DNA of 64,000 nucleotides from a virus: positions 73,433 to 137,432 of the IMG/VR virus record IMGVR_UViG_3300049436_000052. One strand, given 5' to 3'. Shown one piece after another: positions 1 through 8,321 of this stretch. Each line of letters starts with the position of its first letter. The first letter of the stretch is position 1. The notes under the pieces are model-generated. The model was not told the origin of the DNA. It was given only the letters and a program-made list of their open reading frames with translations, and did no database searches. The position numbers and the translations under genes are program-made.

Positions 1-23
1 AGTTTTAGATGAGAAATTATTTA

Positions 24-890
24 TTAATCGATAGATAAGTTTTTTTCGATAAAATATAGATCTTTAAATGGTTTAATTCCAATTCTAATTTCTTTGGTTG
101 TTAAATCGGTTTGTTCTTTTAGAAAAAGTAGTATTTTATTTTTTGCAAATTTATTTGTTACTTTTTTATTATATTTGCCTACTGGTGTTTCTTCCATGAA
201 TAGAACATTCCAATTTTTTAAAATATTTATAATAGCAGTACCAACATTACTTTCAATTTTCTTTAATAATGGATCATTATTAATTCTTAATTCAATTTTT
301 CCAATAACGCCATTGATTAACTCATTCATACGATTCTGAGATTCATTTTCAATCTCATAAAGAAATTCTCTATTTTCAATAAATTCATCAACATAATCAT
401 CAAACGATAAATTTGTCTTTTTTTCAAGATAACTATGTTTACTATGATCTTTGTAATAATTTCTTACAATTGTTTGACAATAACTAAATGCCTTTGAATT
501 GAATATTCTATATTTATTATCATTTATTCCAATTAATGATTTCAATTTTTCGTTGGCTCTTTCGGCATAAAAAAATCTATATTCTTCTTCTTTTAGTTTT
601 ATCCATTTTTCAGAACAACCATTGTTGTATTCAATGATGAATGGTCTATATTTAACCATATGTTCAACTAAATGAGTTAATGCATTTGATTCAACTTCTT
701 TCATATCATAATTTCCAATATGGATTGGGTATCTTCTTAAAATGGATTCAATCATTTTTCGAAATGGTTCAATCAAAATTTCATTATAGATTCTATTTTT
801 TTCTTCTAATGAATTGGAATTTATGTAATCAATAACTGCTTGTTCTTCTTTTTCGGCAAAATAATGCGTACTAGTTTTTTCATCTGTCAT
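24..890 (-). CDS. Phage RNA polymerase sigma factor (gp55-like late sigma candidate)
   Basis: Region-2-like segments PFRKMIESILRRY, ALTHLVEHMVKYRP and KAFSYCQTIVRNYY resemble the AFxYxxxI motif of T4-type/phage sigma factors. Confidence 0.65.
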   Translation of the reverse strand: MTDEKTSTHYFAEKEEQAVIDYINSNSLEEKNRIYNEILIEPFRKMIESILRRYPIHIGNYDMKEVESNALTHLVEHMVKYRPFIIEYNNGCSEKWIKLKEEEYRFFYAERANEKLKSLIGINDNKYRIFNSKAFSYCQTIVRNYYKDHSKHSYLEKKTNLSFDDYVDEFIENREFLYEIENESQNRMNELINGVIGKIELRINNDPLLKKIESNVGTAIINILKNWNVLFMEETPVGKYNKKVTNKFAKNKILLFLKEQTDLTTKEIRIGIKPFKDLYFIEKNLSID

Positions 891-916
891 AATTTAAATT
901 AAACAACTTCTAATTC

Positions 917-1141
917 TTATTTTTCATTAACATATTGGCCTAAAAATCCAAATATATTTCTATTCAGTTTAAAATGTTTTTTATTTAAAGTTAAATTTCT
1001 ATCAAGATTATTTACTTTTTCTATTTTTTTACCACAAATATTACATTTGTAGAAGGTATAGTAATTGTTTTCATCTTCAGTGAAATCAGCAATTGGTTCA
1101 TGAATATTTAAAAAACATTTTAAACGTTTGAAAATTTTCAT
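917..1141 (-). CDS. Small Zn-finger protein (DUF1660-like)
   Basis: LKCFLNIHE...KCNICGK pattern. Confidence 0.5.
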   Translation of the reverse strand: MKIFKRLKCFLNIHEPIADFTEDENNYYTFYKCNICGKKIEKVNNLDRNLTLNKKHFKLNRNIFGFLGQYVNEK

Positions 1142-1143
1142 TG

Positions 1144-1959
1144 TTAAACAATTTTAGTTATTTTACTTGTGTCAATAATCCTATCGTTTGTAAAATTTGA
1201 TTCTTTGTGTGCGGTTTCAAACCAAAATTTTCTTTCTGGCATTGGCATAGATTTTAAATATCCGTCAAATAAACTACCACTCCTATTCATAATATGTTTA
1301 TAACCCAACTTAGGAATTGTAAATATTTTACAACCATTATTAACTGCTCTTAATAAAAATTCATACATAAATGTTAGTAGAATATTTGATTTATAACCAC
1401 CAATATTAAGGAATTCTGATTTTTTAATAACAGCACCAGATAATTTGAAATCACTATACTGTTTTAAAACATTTATATTTAGATAACCAATTTCACCATT
1501 TTCTCCAACAAATTGCTGTGCCCAGACCGTTTCGTTTGCAAATTTCATTGCTTCATTTTTCTCATTACTTTCAATGATAATAGTTAAAAACACATCAATA
1601 TCTTTATATGTTTTTATGTATTGTTCGACATTTTTAAAATATGAGATAGCATATTCATCATCAAATTCAAGAACTGAAAAATAATCTACTTCAATAGATT
1701 TAACTGCTAAGTTAACTTGGGATTGATAATCAGTTTTACCTTCGTTTTTTAATAAAGTTATGTCTAATTTATCTCCAAATTTTAGTGAATCTTTATAATT
1801 TATAATATTTTCTTCAATAGCTTCAGCATATACAATTACTATTTTAGGTAATTCGTTAATTTTTTCTTGCTTAATGATAGATTCAATTGCTTTATCTAAA
1901 TACTTAGATATGTCTTCATTAAATTCATGTATTGGTATTATTACACTTATATTACTCAT
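1144..1959 (-). CDS. Glycosyltransferase family 2
   Basis: ISVIIPIHE start, FSVLEFDDEY (DxD-like), FLNIGGY. Confidence 0.85.
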   Translation of the reverse strand: MSNISVIIPIHEFNEDISKYLDKAIESIIKQEKINELPKIVIVYAEAIEENIINYKDSLKFGDKLDITLLKNEGKTDYQSQVNLAVKSIEVDYFSVLEFDDEYAISYFKNVEQYIKTYKDIDVFLTIIIESNEKNEAMKFANETVWAQQFVGENGEIGYLNINVLKQYSDFKLSGAVIKKSEFLNIGGYKSNILLTFMYEFLLRAVNNGCKIFTIPKLGYKHIMNRSGSLFDGYLKSMPMPERKFWFETAHKESNFTNDRIIDTSKITKIV

Positions 1960-1989
1960 TTGATTTTATATTTTATTTTCAATTAAAAA

Positions 1990-3120
1990 TTATTTTGGAA
2001 TTGCATTTTCAAAAAATGTTATTCTTTCATTAATAAATTCAGTATATACTTTAACTATACTTTCTTCTGAATTTTCCATGTTATATGACGATGATACTTG
2101 TTTCATTGCATCATAGATTGATTCTGATAAATTATCATCTAAAAATTTAACGATTATTTCACCAATTAACAGTGGTAAATCATAAAAATTTTCTGTCCAA
2201 ACGCCTGCTTCATTATTAACTTTTGTAACAACATTTTCTTCATTTCTTTCAACCATATATTCTGGCATGATATCAGGTTTTAAACAAATTGGAATTACAC
2301 CAGATTTCATACATTCAAGAGGAAACGTTCCAAATGAAGCAATTCTATCAACCCAAACAGCAGCAAAATTATTTTTCAACCTATTTGCAAAGTCAATTCT
2401 TCTCATTGTTTGAGGTGGTTTGCTTTTTGTTAGCATTGGATCGAAACTAACCCATCCGTATTGAGGATATTTAGCATAAAATAGTTTAACCAATTTAGAA
2501 ATTTCATTAGGATTTCTTCCAACAATTGAAATTACTGGTTTTTGTGGTTCATTAGATGGTTTAAAATAATCGGGAATTCCGATTTTATATGATTTGACGT
2601 TAAATTTATTTCCATAGAATTGTCTAACAATTTCGTTCATCATTTCGGATGTGGTAATTACATTATTAACTCCAAATGATTTCCAATCCATCCCTGGTAT
2701 CAGACTATTAATCATATAATCTATTGATTGTAATAATCCAATTCTTAGACATGGCAGATCTTTTGTTTGTTCCATAATATTTGAATAAACATCTGGAATA
2801 ATCATTATTGTATCTGGTGCTATTGTTAATTTTGGATCAGACATTGGCATATGTTTATGCTCTGTTAAATTACTATCAATCCAACTTGGTATAACATATT
2901 CTGCCTTTTCAACTAGCATTATTACTTCAAATCCCATTTTCTTTATTACTGTTGCATGAAAATATACTTCATAAACAGATGCTGCTGGATTTTGTGATTC
3001 TGGAACAAAAAATAAAAATTTAGATTTTTTATTTTTCAAATTTTCAACTGCAATTTTTATTTTTTCAATTTTATCGTTTTCAAATTGCTGAACTTCTGTG
3101 TTCATTATTTCTTCACTCAT
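1990..3120 (-). CDS. GT-B fold glycosyltransferase (GT4-like)
   Basis: C-terminal SFGTFPLECMKSGVIPI matches the (E/S)xFGxxxxEAMxxG motif. Confidence 0.75.
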   Translation of the reverse strand: MSEEIMNTEVQQFENDKIEKIKIAVENLKNKKSKFLFFVPESQNPAASVYEVYFHATVIKKMGFEVIMLVEKAEYVIPSWIDSNLTEHKHMPMSDPKLTIAPDTIMIIPDVYSNIMEQTKDLPCLRIGLLQSIDYMINSLIPGMDWKSFGVNNVITTSEMMNEIVRQFYGNKFNVKSYKIGIPDYFKPSNEPQKPVISIVGRNPNEISKLVKLFYAKYPQYGWVSFDPMLTKSKPPQTMRRIDFANRLKNNFAAVWVDRIASFGTFPLECMKSGVIPICLKPDIMPEYMVERNEENVVTKVNNEAGVWTENFYDLPLLIGEIIVKFLDDNLSESIYDAMKQVSSSYNMENSEESIVKVYTEFINERITFFENAIPK

Positions 3121-3124
3121 TTTC

Positions 3125-3898
3125 TTATTTATTATTTGTTTCTTTATAATTTATTAATTTTTCGAATTCTTTATTACCATTAAGATCGTTTAATTGTAAT
3201 ACTTCTAAACATTTGTTTTTAATATCAACATTATATGGTCTTTTTACTTTAATTACTTTTTTTCCAAAAGGAATTTTATCGTTTAGAATTTCTGGATTAG
3301 TTGTTATTAAAATATCAACATCTTTCCACATTTCTTTTGAATTTTCAACAAATTTATAATTTCTAAATCTGGAACAATTTGTCCTTCCTAAAAAATATAA
3401 TGTTGGGGGTATTGATAGTTTATTTTCAATAGATAAAATAGTGATATCAATATAATTTTCATATTTTTGAATAAACTTATTCATATGTACATCCAATCCT
3501 TTATAGATCAAAGGCGCTAGACCACTAATTTCAAGAAGATAGTCTTCATACATAAATTTATTATAAACTTCTTTTGGGGTTAAATTTATTTTTTCTGACT
3601 TCTTGAATAAGAATGCATCTGCTGGTACAACACCTTCATCATCAGGCTGATAATCTATTGGATTAATAAATTCTGGACAATCTTCTGGTTCTTTAAGTTC
3701 TTTAATTATTTCTGTTTTGGCTTCCCATTTATATTCTTTAAAAAAATCAAACACATATGGTTGTTCTGGAATACCAGATTCATCAAAATCTTGACAATAA
3801 TATCGATCCGCTTGCAAACATTTTGATCTTAAAATTTCATCAATCTCAATACCTATCCTAATTTTTCTTTTTTTAAATAACTTATTTAGTATTTTCAT
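3125..3898 (-). CDS. HAD/5'(3')-deoxyribonucleotidase-like protein with degenerate motif I
   Basis: RIGIEIDEIL in place of IGIDIDGVL; C-terminal KVKRPYN typical of the NT5C family. Confidence 0.5.
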   Translation of the reverse strand: MKILNKLFKKRKIRIGIEIDEILRSKCLQADRYYCQDFDESGIPEQPYVFDFFKEYKWEAKTEIIKELKEPEDCPEFINPIDYQPDDEGVVPADAFLFKKSEKINLTPKEVYNKFMYEDYLLEISGLAPLIYKGLDVHMNKFIQKYENYIDITILSIENKLSIPPTLYFLGRTNCSRFRNYKFVENSKEMWKDVDILITTNPEILNDKIPFGKKVIKVKRPYNVDIKNKCLEVLQLNDLNGNKEFEKLINYKETNNK

Positions 3899-4187
3899 AT
3901 TTTTTTAATTTCTTGTTGATTTTCTTATTTATTTTTTTAATCATTTTAGTATGTTTCTTTATCAATGTTTTATCACTAATATATTCTGGATTAATACATT
4001 CGATTCTGGTATTAACACTTGTTTTATCTGGAATAACAATAAATTCACCTTTAACTGTTGAAGGAAGAATTTTTTCAATAACTTTCTTAACATATTCATC
4101 AACATCATTGATGTCGTTTATTCCAACATAAACAACAAATATTTTTTCTTCAAAATAATTAAATGTGTTTGTAGTTGCTGTGATCAT
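3882..4187 (-). CDS. Hypothetical protein
   Basis: ORF heading the leftward operon; overlaps next gene. Confidence 0.6.
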   Translation of the reverse strand: MITATTNTFNYFEEKIFVVYVGINDINDVDEYVKKVIEKILPSTVKGEFIVIPDKTSVNTRIECINPEYISDKTLIKKHTKMIKKINKKINKKLKKYENTK

Positions 4188-4239
4188 TTTTTTGTTTTTT
4201 ATTGTAATTTTATTTTATTATCATCTTTCATTTTACTAA

Positions 4240-4263
4240 TACGTAAATTTTTTAAAAATCTTG
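4240..4263 (-). promoter_or_regulatory. Putative ECF-like promoter CAAG-N16-CGTA
   Basis: Minus strand CAAG atttttaaaaaattta CGTA upstream of the leftward operon; same geometry as 11498-11521. Confidence 0.45.
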
Positions 4264-4314
4264 AATTTTTTTGAAAAAAAATATTTTTTTAACTATTTAT
4301 CATAAAACAATAAT

Positions 4315-4322
4315 TATTTATA
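4315..4322 (+). promoter_or_regulatory. Putative late promoter TATTTATA
   Basis: Motif recurring before structural genes; TATTTAT also at 4294-4300. Confidence 0.55.
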
Positions 4323-4339
4323 AAAAAATATAAAAATTT

Positions 4340-5260
4340 ATGAACGAAGAAAAAATACCACAAAGAGAAAATATCACAGAAGTTTTAAAGAAATATAAAG
4401 AAGTTAAAACACAATTAGAAAATAAAGGTGCTTCAATTGAAACTAATATTGAAAATCAACCAATTGGTAAAACAAATAATTTTCAGGATTATGAGAAATT
4501 AATGACAAAAGAAACTGATCCCGATTTAATGATGTCTTATGAAATTGTTCAATTACCATCAAAAGGTATTTTTTATCAAAATAGAATTTCAGAATTAAAT
4601 GTTGAATATATGACATCTAAGGATGAAGATCTAATTACAACTCCCTCAATAATTGATAGTGGCAATGCACTTGATTTACTTCTAAAAAGAAAAATAAAAA
4701 CTCCAAATGTTAGTCCAGAAGATCTTTTAGGTGGTGATAGAAATGCAGTTATTCTATATTTAAGAACTTCTAGTTATGGAACTGATTATAACGTCAATGT
4801 AACAGATCCTAGAGATGGTTCAACTTTTAAATATAAAATTAATTTATTAAAATTAAAATACAAAGAACTGACTGAAATTCCTGACGATAATGGTCATTTC
4901 AATGTTGATATTCCAATGCGTAAAAAAAATGTTGTATTTAGATTATTAACTTCTGGTCAAGATAACGAAATATTTAAAAAAGCAGAAGCAATGAAAGTAG
5001 AATTTAATGAGGAATTTAGTCAATATAATACTTTAAAATTAAAAGCTTCTATTATTTCAATTGGTGGTAATTTAGATAGAACATATATTAACAGATTTGT
5101 TGATGCTATGCCAAGTCTTGACGCATTCACTATTCGTAAAAAAATATTAGAAGTATCGCCTGATGTTGATATGACATATGAATTTACTTCACCTAAAGAT
5201 GAATATAAATTTAATGCACAATTATCAATAGGTCTGGATTTTTTTTTCCCTCAAATTTAG
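4340..5260 (+). CDS. Baseplate hub assembly / tail chaperone (T4 gp26-like)
   Basis: LPSKG..Y, YMTSKDEDLI, DRNAVILYLR, C-terminal GLDFFFP typical of this family. Confidence 0.75.
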   Translation: MNEEKIPQRENITEVLKKYKEVKTQLENKGASIETNIENQPIGKTNNFQDYEKLMTKETDPDLMMSYEIVQLPSKGIFYQNRISELNVEYMTSKDEDLITTPSIIDSGNALDLLLKRKIKTPNVSPEDLLGGDRNAVILYLRTSSYGTDYNVNVTDPRDGSTFKYKINLLKLKYKELTEIPDDNGHFNVDIPMRKKNVVFRLLTSGQDNEIFKKAEAMKVEFNEEFSQYNTLKLKASIISIGGNLDRTYINRFVDAMPSLDAFTIRKKILEVSPDVDMTYEFTSPKDEYKFNAQLSIGLDFFFPQI

Positions 5261-5451
5261 CGGGATCTTATAAGAAGTTGTTGAATGAAGAAATTTTTAT
5301 TTTAACAAAACACGCTAAATTTCAGGCTGATTACGTAGAAAAACTTCCTGTGTATCGGAGAAGATACTATCTTCATTTATTACAAAAGGAAAATGAAGAA
5401 ATTGAAAAAATTCAAGAGAAGGAAATGAATAGAGCCAGGTCAAGAAGATAA
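5239..5451 (+). CDS. gp51-like extension in the -1 frame (probable frameshift product)
   Basis: -1 frame open 5215-5451 with no early ATG; encodes EEIFILTKHAKFQADYVEKLPVYRRRYYLHLLQKE; begins at a T9 run (5239-5247). Confidence 0.7.
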   Translation, partial: FFFPSNLAGSYKKLLNEEIFILTKHAKFQADYVEKLPVYRRRYYLHLLQKENEEIEKIQEKEMNRARSRR

Positions 5452-5456
5452 ATTTT

Positions 5457-5645
5457 TTATAAATCAATATCAAAATAAAGATCAGTTATAAGTTCTTTCC
5501 ATAATTCATTTATCATAAGTTTATGATAAATTTCTGAATCAAGATTGTCATTTAGTGTTTGCGTTCTTAATTTGTTGTTTGTTGATTCAATAACACTTAA
5601 CTTATAAGCAATAGCGTCTCTAAATATATTATAATCTATAAACAT
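5457..5645 (-). CDS. Hypothetical protein
   Basis: 62-aa ORF at the end of the leftward block. Confidence 0.5.
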   Translation of the reverse strand: MFIDYNIFRDAIAYKLSVIESTNNKLRTQTLNDNLDSEIYHKLMINELWKELITDLYFDIDL

Positions 5646-5648
5646 TTT

Positions 5649-6200
5649 CTAAATCAAATATTCGTTAGAATCTTTCACTTTACGTTTTAATAAACTTAAA
5701 CCGCTTAATATATCTATTTTTCTTGGTCTTTTTTCAACTTCCGAAATTAAGTTTAATAGATTATCATTATTTTCAATTCTTTTCTTGTTATTGTAATCAA
5801 AAATATTATGTATCTTCTTATTAAGGACATTATTGATATTTTGAACAAAATCATCTAAAGTAATATTTTTATTGTCAAAATTTTTAACTAAAGTAGTTAT
5901 CTCTGAATTAATATCGTTACGAAGAATAATATCACTAATACTATTTACATATTTTTTTATATTTGGAATATTGTTTCTTATTTTTAGTGCATGATTTAGT
6001 GTAGAATGATCACGATTTACTTTACTTGTAATCATACTATTGCTTGCTTTTGTAAAATCTCGTGCAACTATCATATACGCATGTCGAACTTCAGTAATCT
6101 TTCTTTTTCTTGTTTTGCTTTTTAATTCATTATAAGAAATCCCAGAAGCTAAAATAGTTACATTTAAAACTAAATCCAAACTAATTTCATTATTGTTCAT
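5649..6200 (-). CDS. DnaA C-terminal (domain IV) HTH protein
   Basis: ELKSKTRKRKITEVRH...NRDHSTLNHA matches the Bac_DnaA_C signature (RDHTTV). Confidence 0.8.
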   Translation of the reverse strand: MNNNEISLDLVLNVTILASGISYNELKSKTRKRKITEVRHAYMIVARDFTKASNSMITSKVNRDHSTLNHALKIRNNIPNIKKYVNSISDIILRNDINSEITTLVKNFDNKNITLDDFVQNINNVLNKKIHNIFDYNNKKRIENNDNLLNLISEVEKRPRKIDILSGLSLLKRKVKDSNEYLI

Positions 6201-6220
6201 AGAAACATTATTATTTAAAT

Positions 6221-6256
6221 TTATTTGGAAAGTTTATTATGATACTTTCCAAATAA
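6221..6256. terminator. Inverted repeat / possible terminator
   Basis: TTATTTGGAAAGT-N10-ACTTTCCAAATAA perfect 13-bp stem. Confidence 0.5.
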
Positions 6257-6311
6257 CATATTTTATTGATATGATTAGTAGCGTTTTATAAATATTTTGT
6301 ATATATAATAA

Positions 6312-6602
6312 TTATAAAACAACTTGTGATCTAAAATCGTCTTTAAGTTTCTGCCTACATTCATTACACATTGTTATTACATCGGTACATGGTTTTTTGC
6401 AAGCCGATTTTATAACATCAGGTATATTTAATTTTTTAACCTCACCTTTGATCATTGGAATAAGCCCGTCCAAAATTTTAACTACAGATTCTCGCTTGAT
6501 TTCATACCAACCATTGTCGTTTTCTGGTACACTATCAAAAACGATATTTTTATCAATTTTATCCTTTAGCCATGTTATTATAATTTCTCTGTCTTTATTC
6601 AT
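6312..6602 (-). CDS. Hypothetical protein (cassette gene) with C-terminal Cys cluster
   Basis: 96 aa; KKLNIPDV is the translated attC-like arm. Confidence 0.65.
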   Translation of the reverse strand: MNKDREIIITWLKDKIDKNIVFDSVPENDNGWYEIKRESVVKILDGLIPMIKGEVKKLNIPDVIKSACKKPCTDVITMCNECRQKLKDDFRSQVVL

Positions 6603-6656
6603 ATTGTTGGTTTTAAACGGTAAAAAAAACTAAAACATACCTATCGACTGTTAGTG
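6410..6656 (+). repeat. attC-like imperfect palindrome A
   Basis: TTATAAC-ATC-AGGTATATTTAATTTTTT ... AAAAAAACTAAAACATACCT-ATCGACT-GTTAGTG. Confidence 0.65.
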
Positions 6657-6998
6657 ATTAGCTTTCGACCACCACTGCAAAAACACGACAACTGAATTGA
6701 ATAGTATTTTAATATCAACATCCATTAAAGCTGACATTACTGACTTCTTTTTTGTAAAATCATCAATAGGTAGTTGTTGTATTTTTTTTACTACTGGCAT
6801 TAATTCGTCCCAACTTTCGTCATAACTGAAATTACTTAGATGTTTACCTCCTTTTAAGTCTTTTAAATATACCTTATTTGGAGTATTATCGTAAGGCGAA
6901 TCAATCCATCCCATGAAATTAGCAATAAGCCGAACCGCTAACAATGTATTTACGCCATTAGCGGTTATGTTCTCGCTTAATAATTCTTCAGTTTTCAT
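6651..6998 (-). CDS. Hypothetical protein (cassette gene)
   Basis: 115 aa; LIANFMG...YDESWDELMPVVKKI motif common in small phage proteins. Confidence 0.7.
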   Translation of the reverse strand: MKTEELLSENITANGVNTLLAVRLIANFMGWIDSPYDNTPNKVYLKDLKGGKHLSNFSYDESWDELMPVVKKIQQLPIDDFTKKKSVMSALMDVDIKILFNSVVVFLQWWSKANH

Positions 6999-7066
6999 AT
7001 ATTTGTTTTTACGTGTTAAATTCGTAGTTAATAATCGCCAACAGGCGCAAATATTAAACGTTAAGT
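6936..7066 (+). repeat. attC-like imperfect palindrome B
   Basis: CGCTAAC-AAT-GTATTTACGCC-A-TTAGCGGTT ... AATCGCCAA-CA-GGCGCAAATAT-TAAAC-GTTAAGT. Confidence 0.7.
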
Positions 7067-7070
7067 TACA

Positions 7071-7559
7071 TTAAACATTCTCAATGAGATAGTGTTCTAA
7101 ATTTTCAAGAGAATCTAATAACAATTTAACTCTTTTAATTTTATCTGATTTTGTATAAAAGCATGGTTTTTCGGTTTCTTTATCAAATCTTTCAAGGTCG
7201 GATGACAAACGCAACTTAATATCTGCTATAACATCATTTTTATTTATTATATCTGAGGTTGCTGCAAGTTCTAACATTTTAGAGGCAAACCATTCTACTA
7301 TCTCATTTGCATCCAAAGGCTGCGATTGAGAGTAGTACCATAAACAGAAGTCTTTTCGCTTTTCCTCCAACTGTTCGCTTCGCCCGCTAACAACAGGTAA
7401 ATCCAATTTTTTTAACGCTTCGATTAACTCCAAAAAGGCATTTGTTATATCCATATAAAATGCCATAGCACCAGTTGTAAGTGTTTCCGCTTTTTGATAT
7501 TTTTCGTAAGCAGATGCCTTTTTTTCTTCGGCTTTTGAGATTAATTCATTTAATTTCAT
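7071..7559 (-). CDS. Hypothetical protein, apparent fusion of two cassette genes
   Basis: 162 aa with two translated arm motifs (KKLDLPVVSGR, DVIADIKLR). Confidence 0.6.
   Translation of the reverse strand: MKLNELISKAEEKKASAYEKYQKAETLTTGAMAFYMDITNAFLELIEALKKLDLPVVSGRSEQLEEKRKDFCLWYYSQSQPLDANEIVEWFASKMLELAATSDIINKNDVIADIKLRLSSDLERFDKETEKPCFYTKSDKIKRVKLLLDSLENLEHYLIENV
7214..7284 (+). repeat. Degenerate attC-like site C
   Basis: ACTTAAT-ATC-TGCTATAACATC ... GAGGTTGCTGCA ... TTTAGAG. Confidence 0.4.
7385..7416 (+). repeat. attC-like left arm D
   Basis: CGCTAACAACAGGTAAATCCAATTTTTTTAAC, close to TTATAACATCAGGTATATTTAATTTTTTAAC at 6410-6440. Confidence 0.55.
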
Positions 7560-7590
7560 TTTCTATGTATTTTAAGTAAAAAACTGTATT

Positions 7591-7710
7591 TACTAACAAC
7601 CGTTATACTTAACTTAAAACAAGATGCGTTCTATTTTGAGCATAATACCAGTTTTGTAATTTTGAAGCATATCTATTGGCAACCGCTTCATATTGTCATA
7701 CTATTAGCAC
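7591..7710 (+). repeat. Degenerate attC-like relic E
   Basis: TACTAAC-AAC-CGTTATAC left arm; ATTAGCAC right-arm relic next to the stop of the next gene; arms pair poorly. Confidence 0.3.
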
Positions 7711-7714
7711 AATA

Positions 7715-7912
7715 CTACGAAAGTGCTTCGATTTCAGTTTTTACATCATTCCAATAAAGTAATAAATCAGAATGAAAATCTAAGTTATAATTAAATTCTA
7801 CATCAACTAATTCTTTGATTATTTCATCAACACAACTGATTGAATGTTCTTTTCGCCATCCACCGACAGCAAATTTTTCTAATAATTCTTGTGCTTTTTC
7901 TTTTGGTGTCAT
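7715..7912 (-). CDS. Hypothetical protein, MTPxEKA family
   Basis: MTPKEKAQEL...VDEII...YWNDVK; paralog of 47026..47301. Confidence 0.7.
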   Translation of the reverse strand: MTPKEKAQELLEKFAVGGWRKEHSISCVDEIIKELVDVEFNYNLDFHSDLLLYWNDVKTEIEALS

Positions 7913-7932
7913 AAATTTTCTTGTTATTTTAT

Positions 7933-8301
7933 TTAATATCCAAGTTCCTTTTTCAAACGAGCAAACTCTTTTTGTTTTTCTTCTAATTTTGCTTTATCTA
8001 CATCATTCTTTCGCTTCTCTTTCTTATCCAAAGTTTGTTTTGTAATATCTTCAATAAATTTATTCCATTGCATATCACTCATTTCAAGTTGTTCTAACTT
8101 CATTTCTATTGAAAAGTGTTCTGGACAATAGTATGATGTTTTTTCTTCAAATTCGAATATGATTTGATTTTCCTCAAATTCAATTCTATTTACAAAAACA
8201 TCACATTCACAACCTTCTCCTATAAGCAATTCCTCTGCTCTTTTAGAAGCAAAAGATTGAAATTCTGTTACACTTTTTAAAAACTCTTTTATATTTTCCA
8301 T
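7933..8301 (-). CDS. Hypothetical protein
   Basis: 122-aa ORF in a co-oriented block. Confidence 0.65.
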   Translation of the reverse strand: MENIKEFLKSVTEFQSFASKRAEELLIGEGCECDVFVNRIEFEENQIIFEFEEKTSYYCPEHFSIEMKLEQLEMSDMQWNKFIEDITKQTLDKKEKRKNDVDKAKLEEKQKEFARLKKELGY

Positions 8302-8321
8302 ATTGATTAATTTTATTATAA

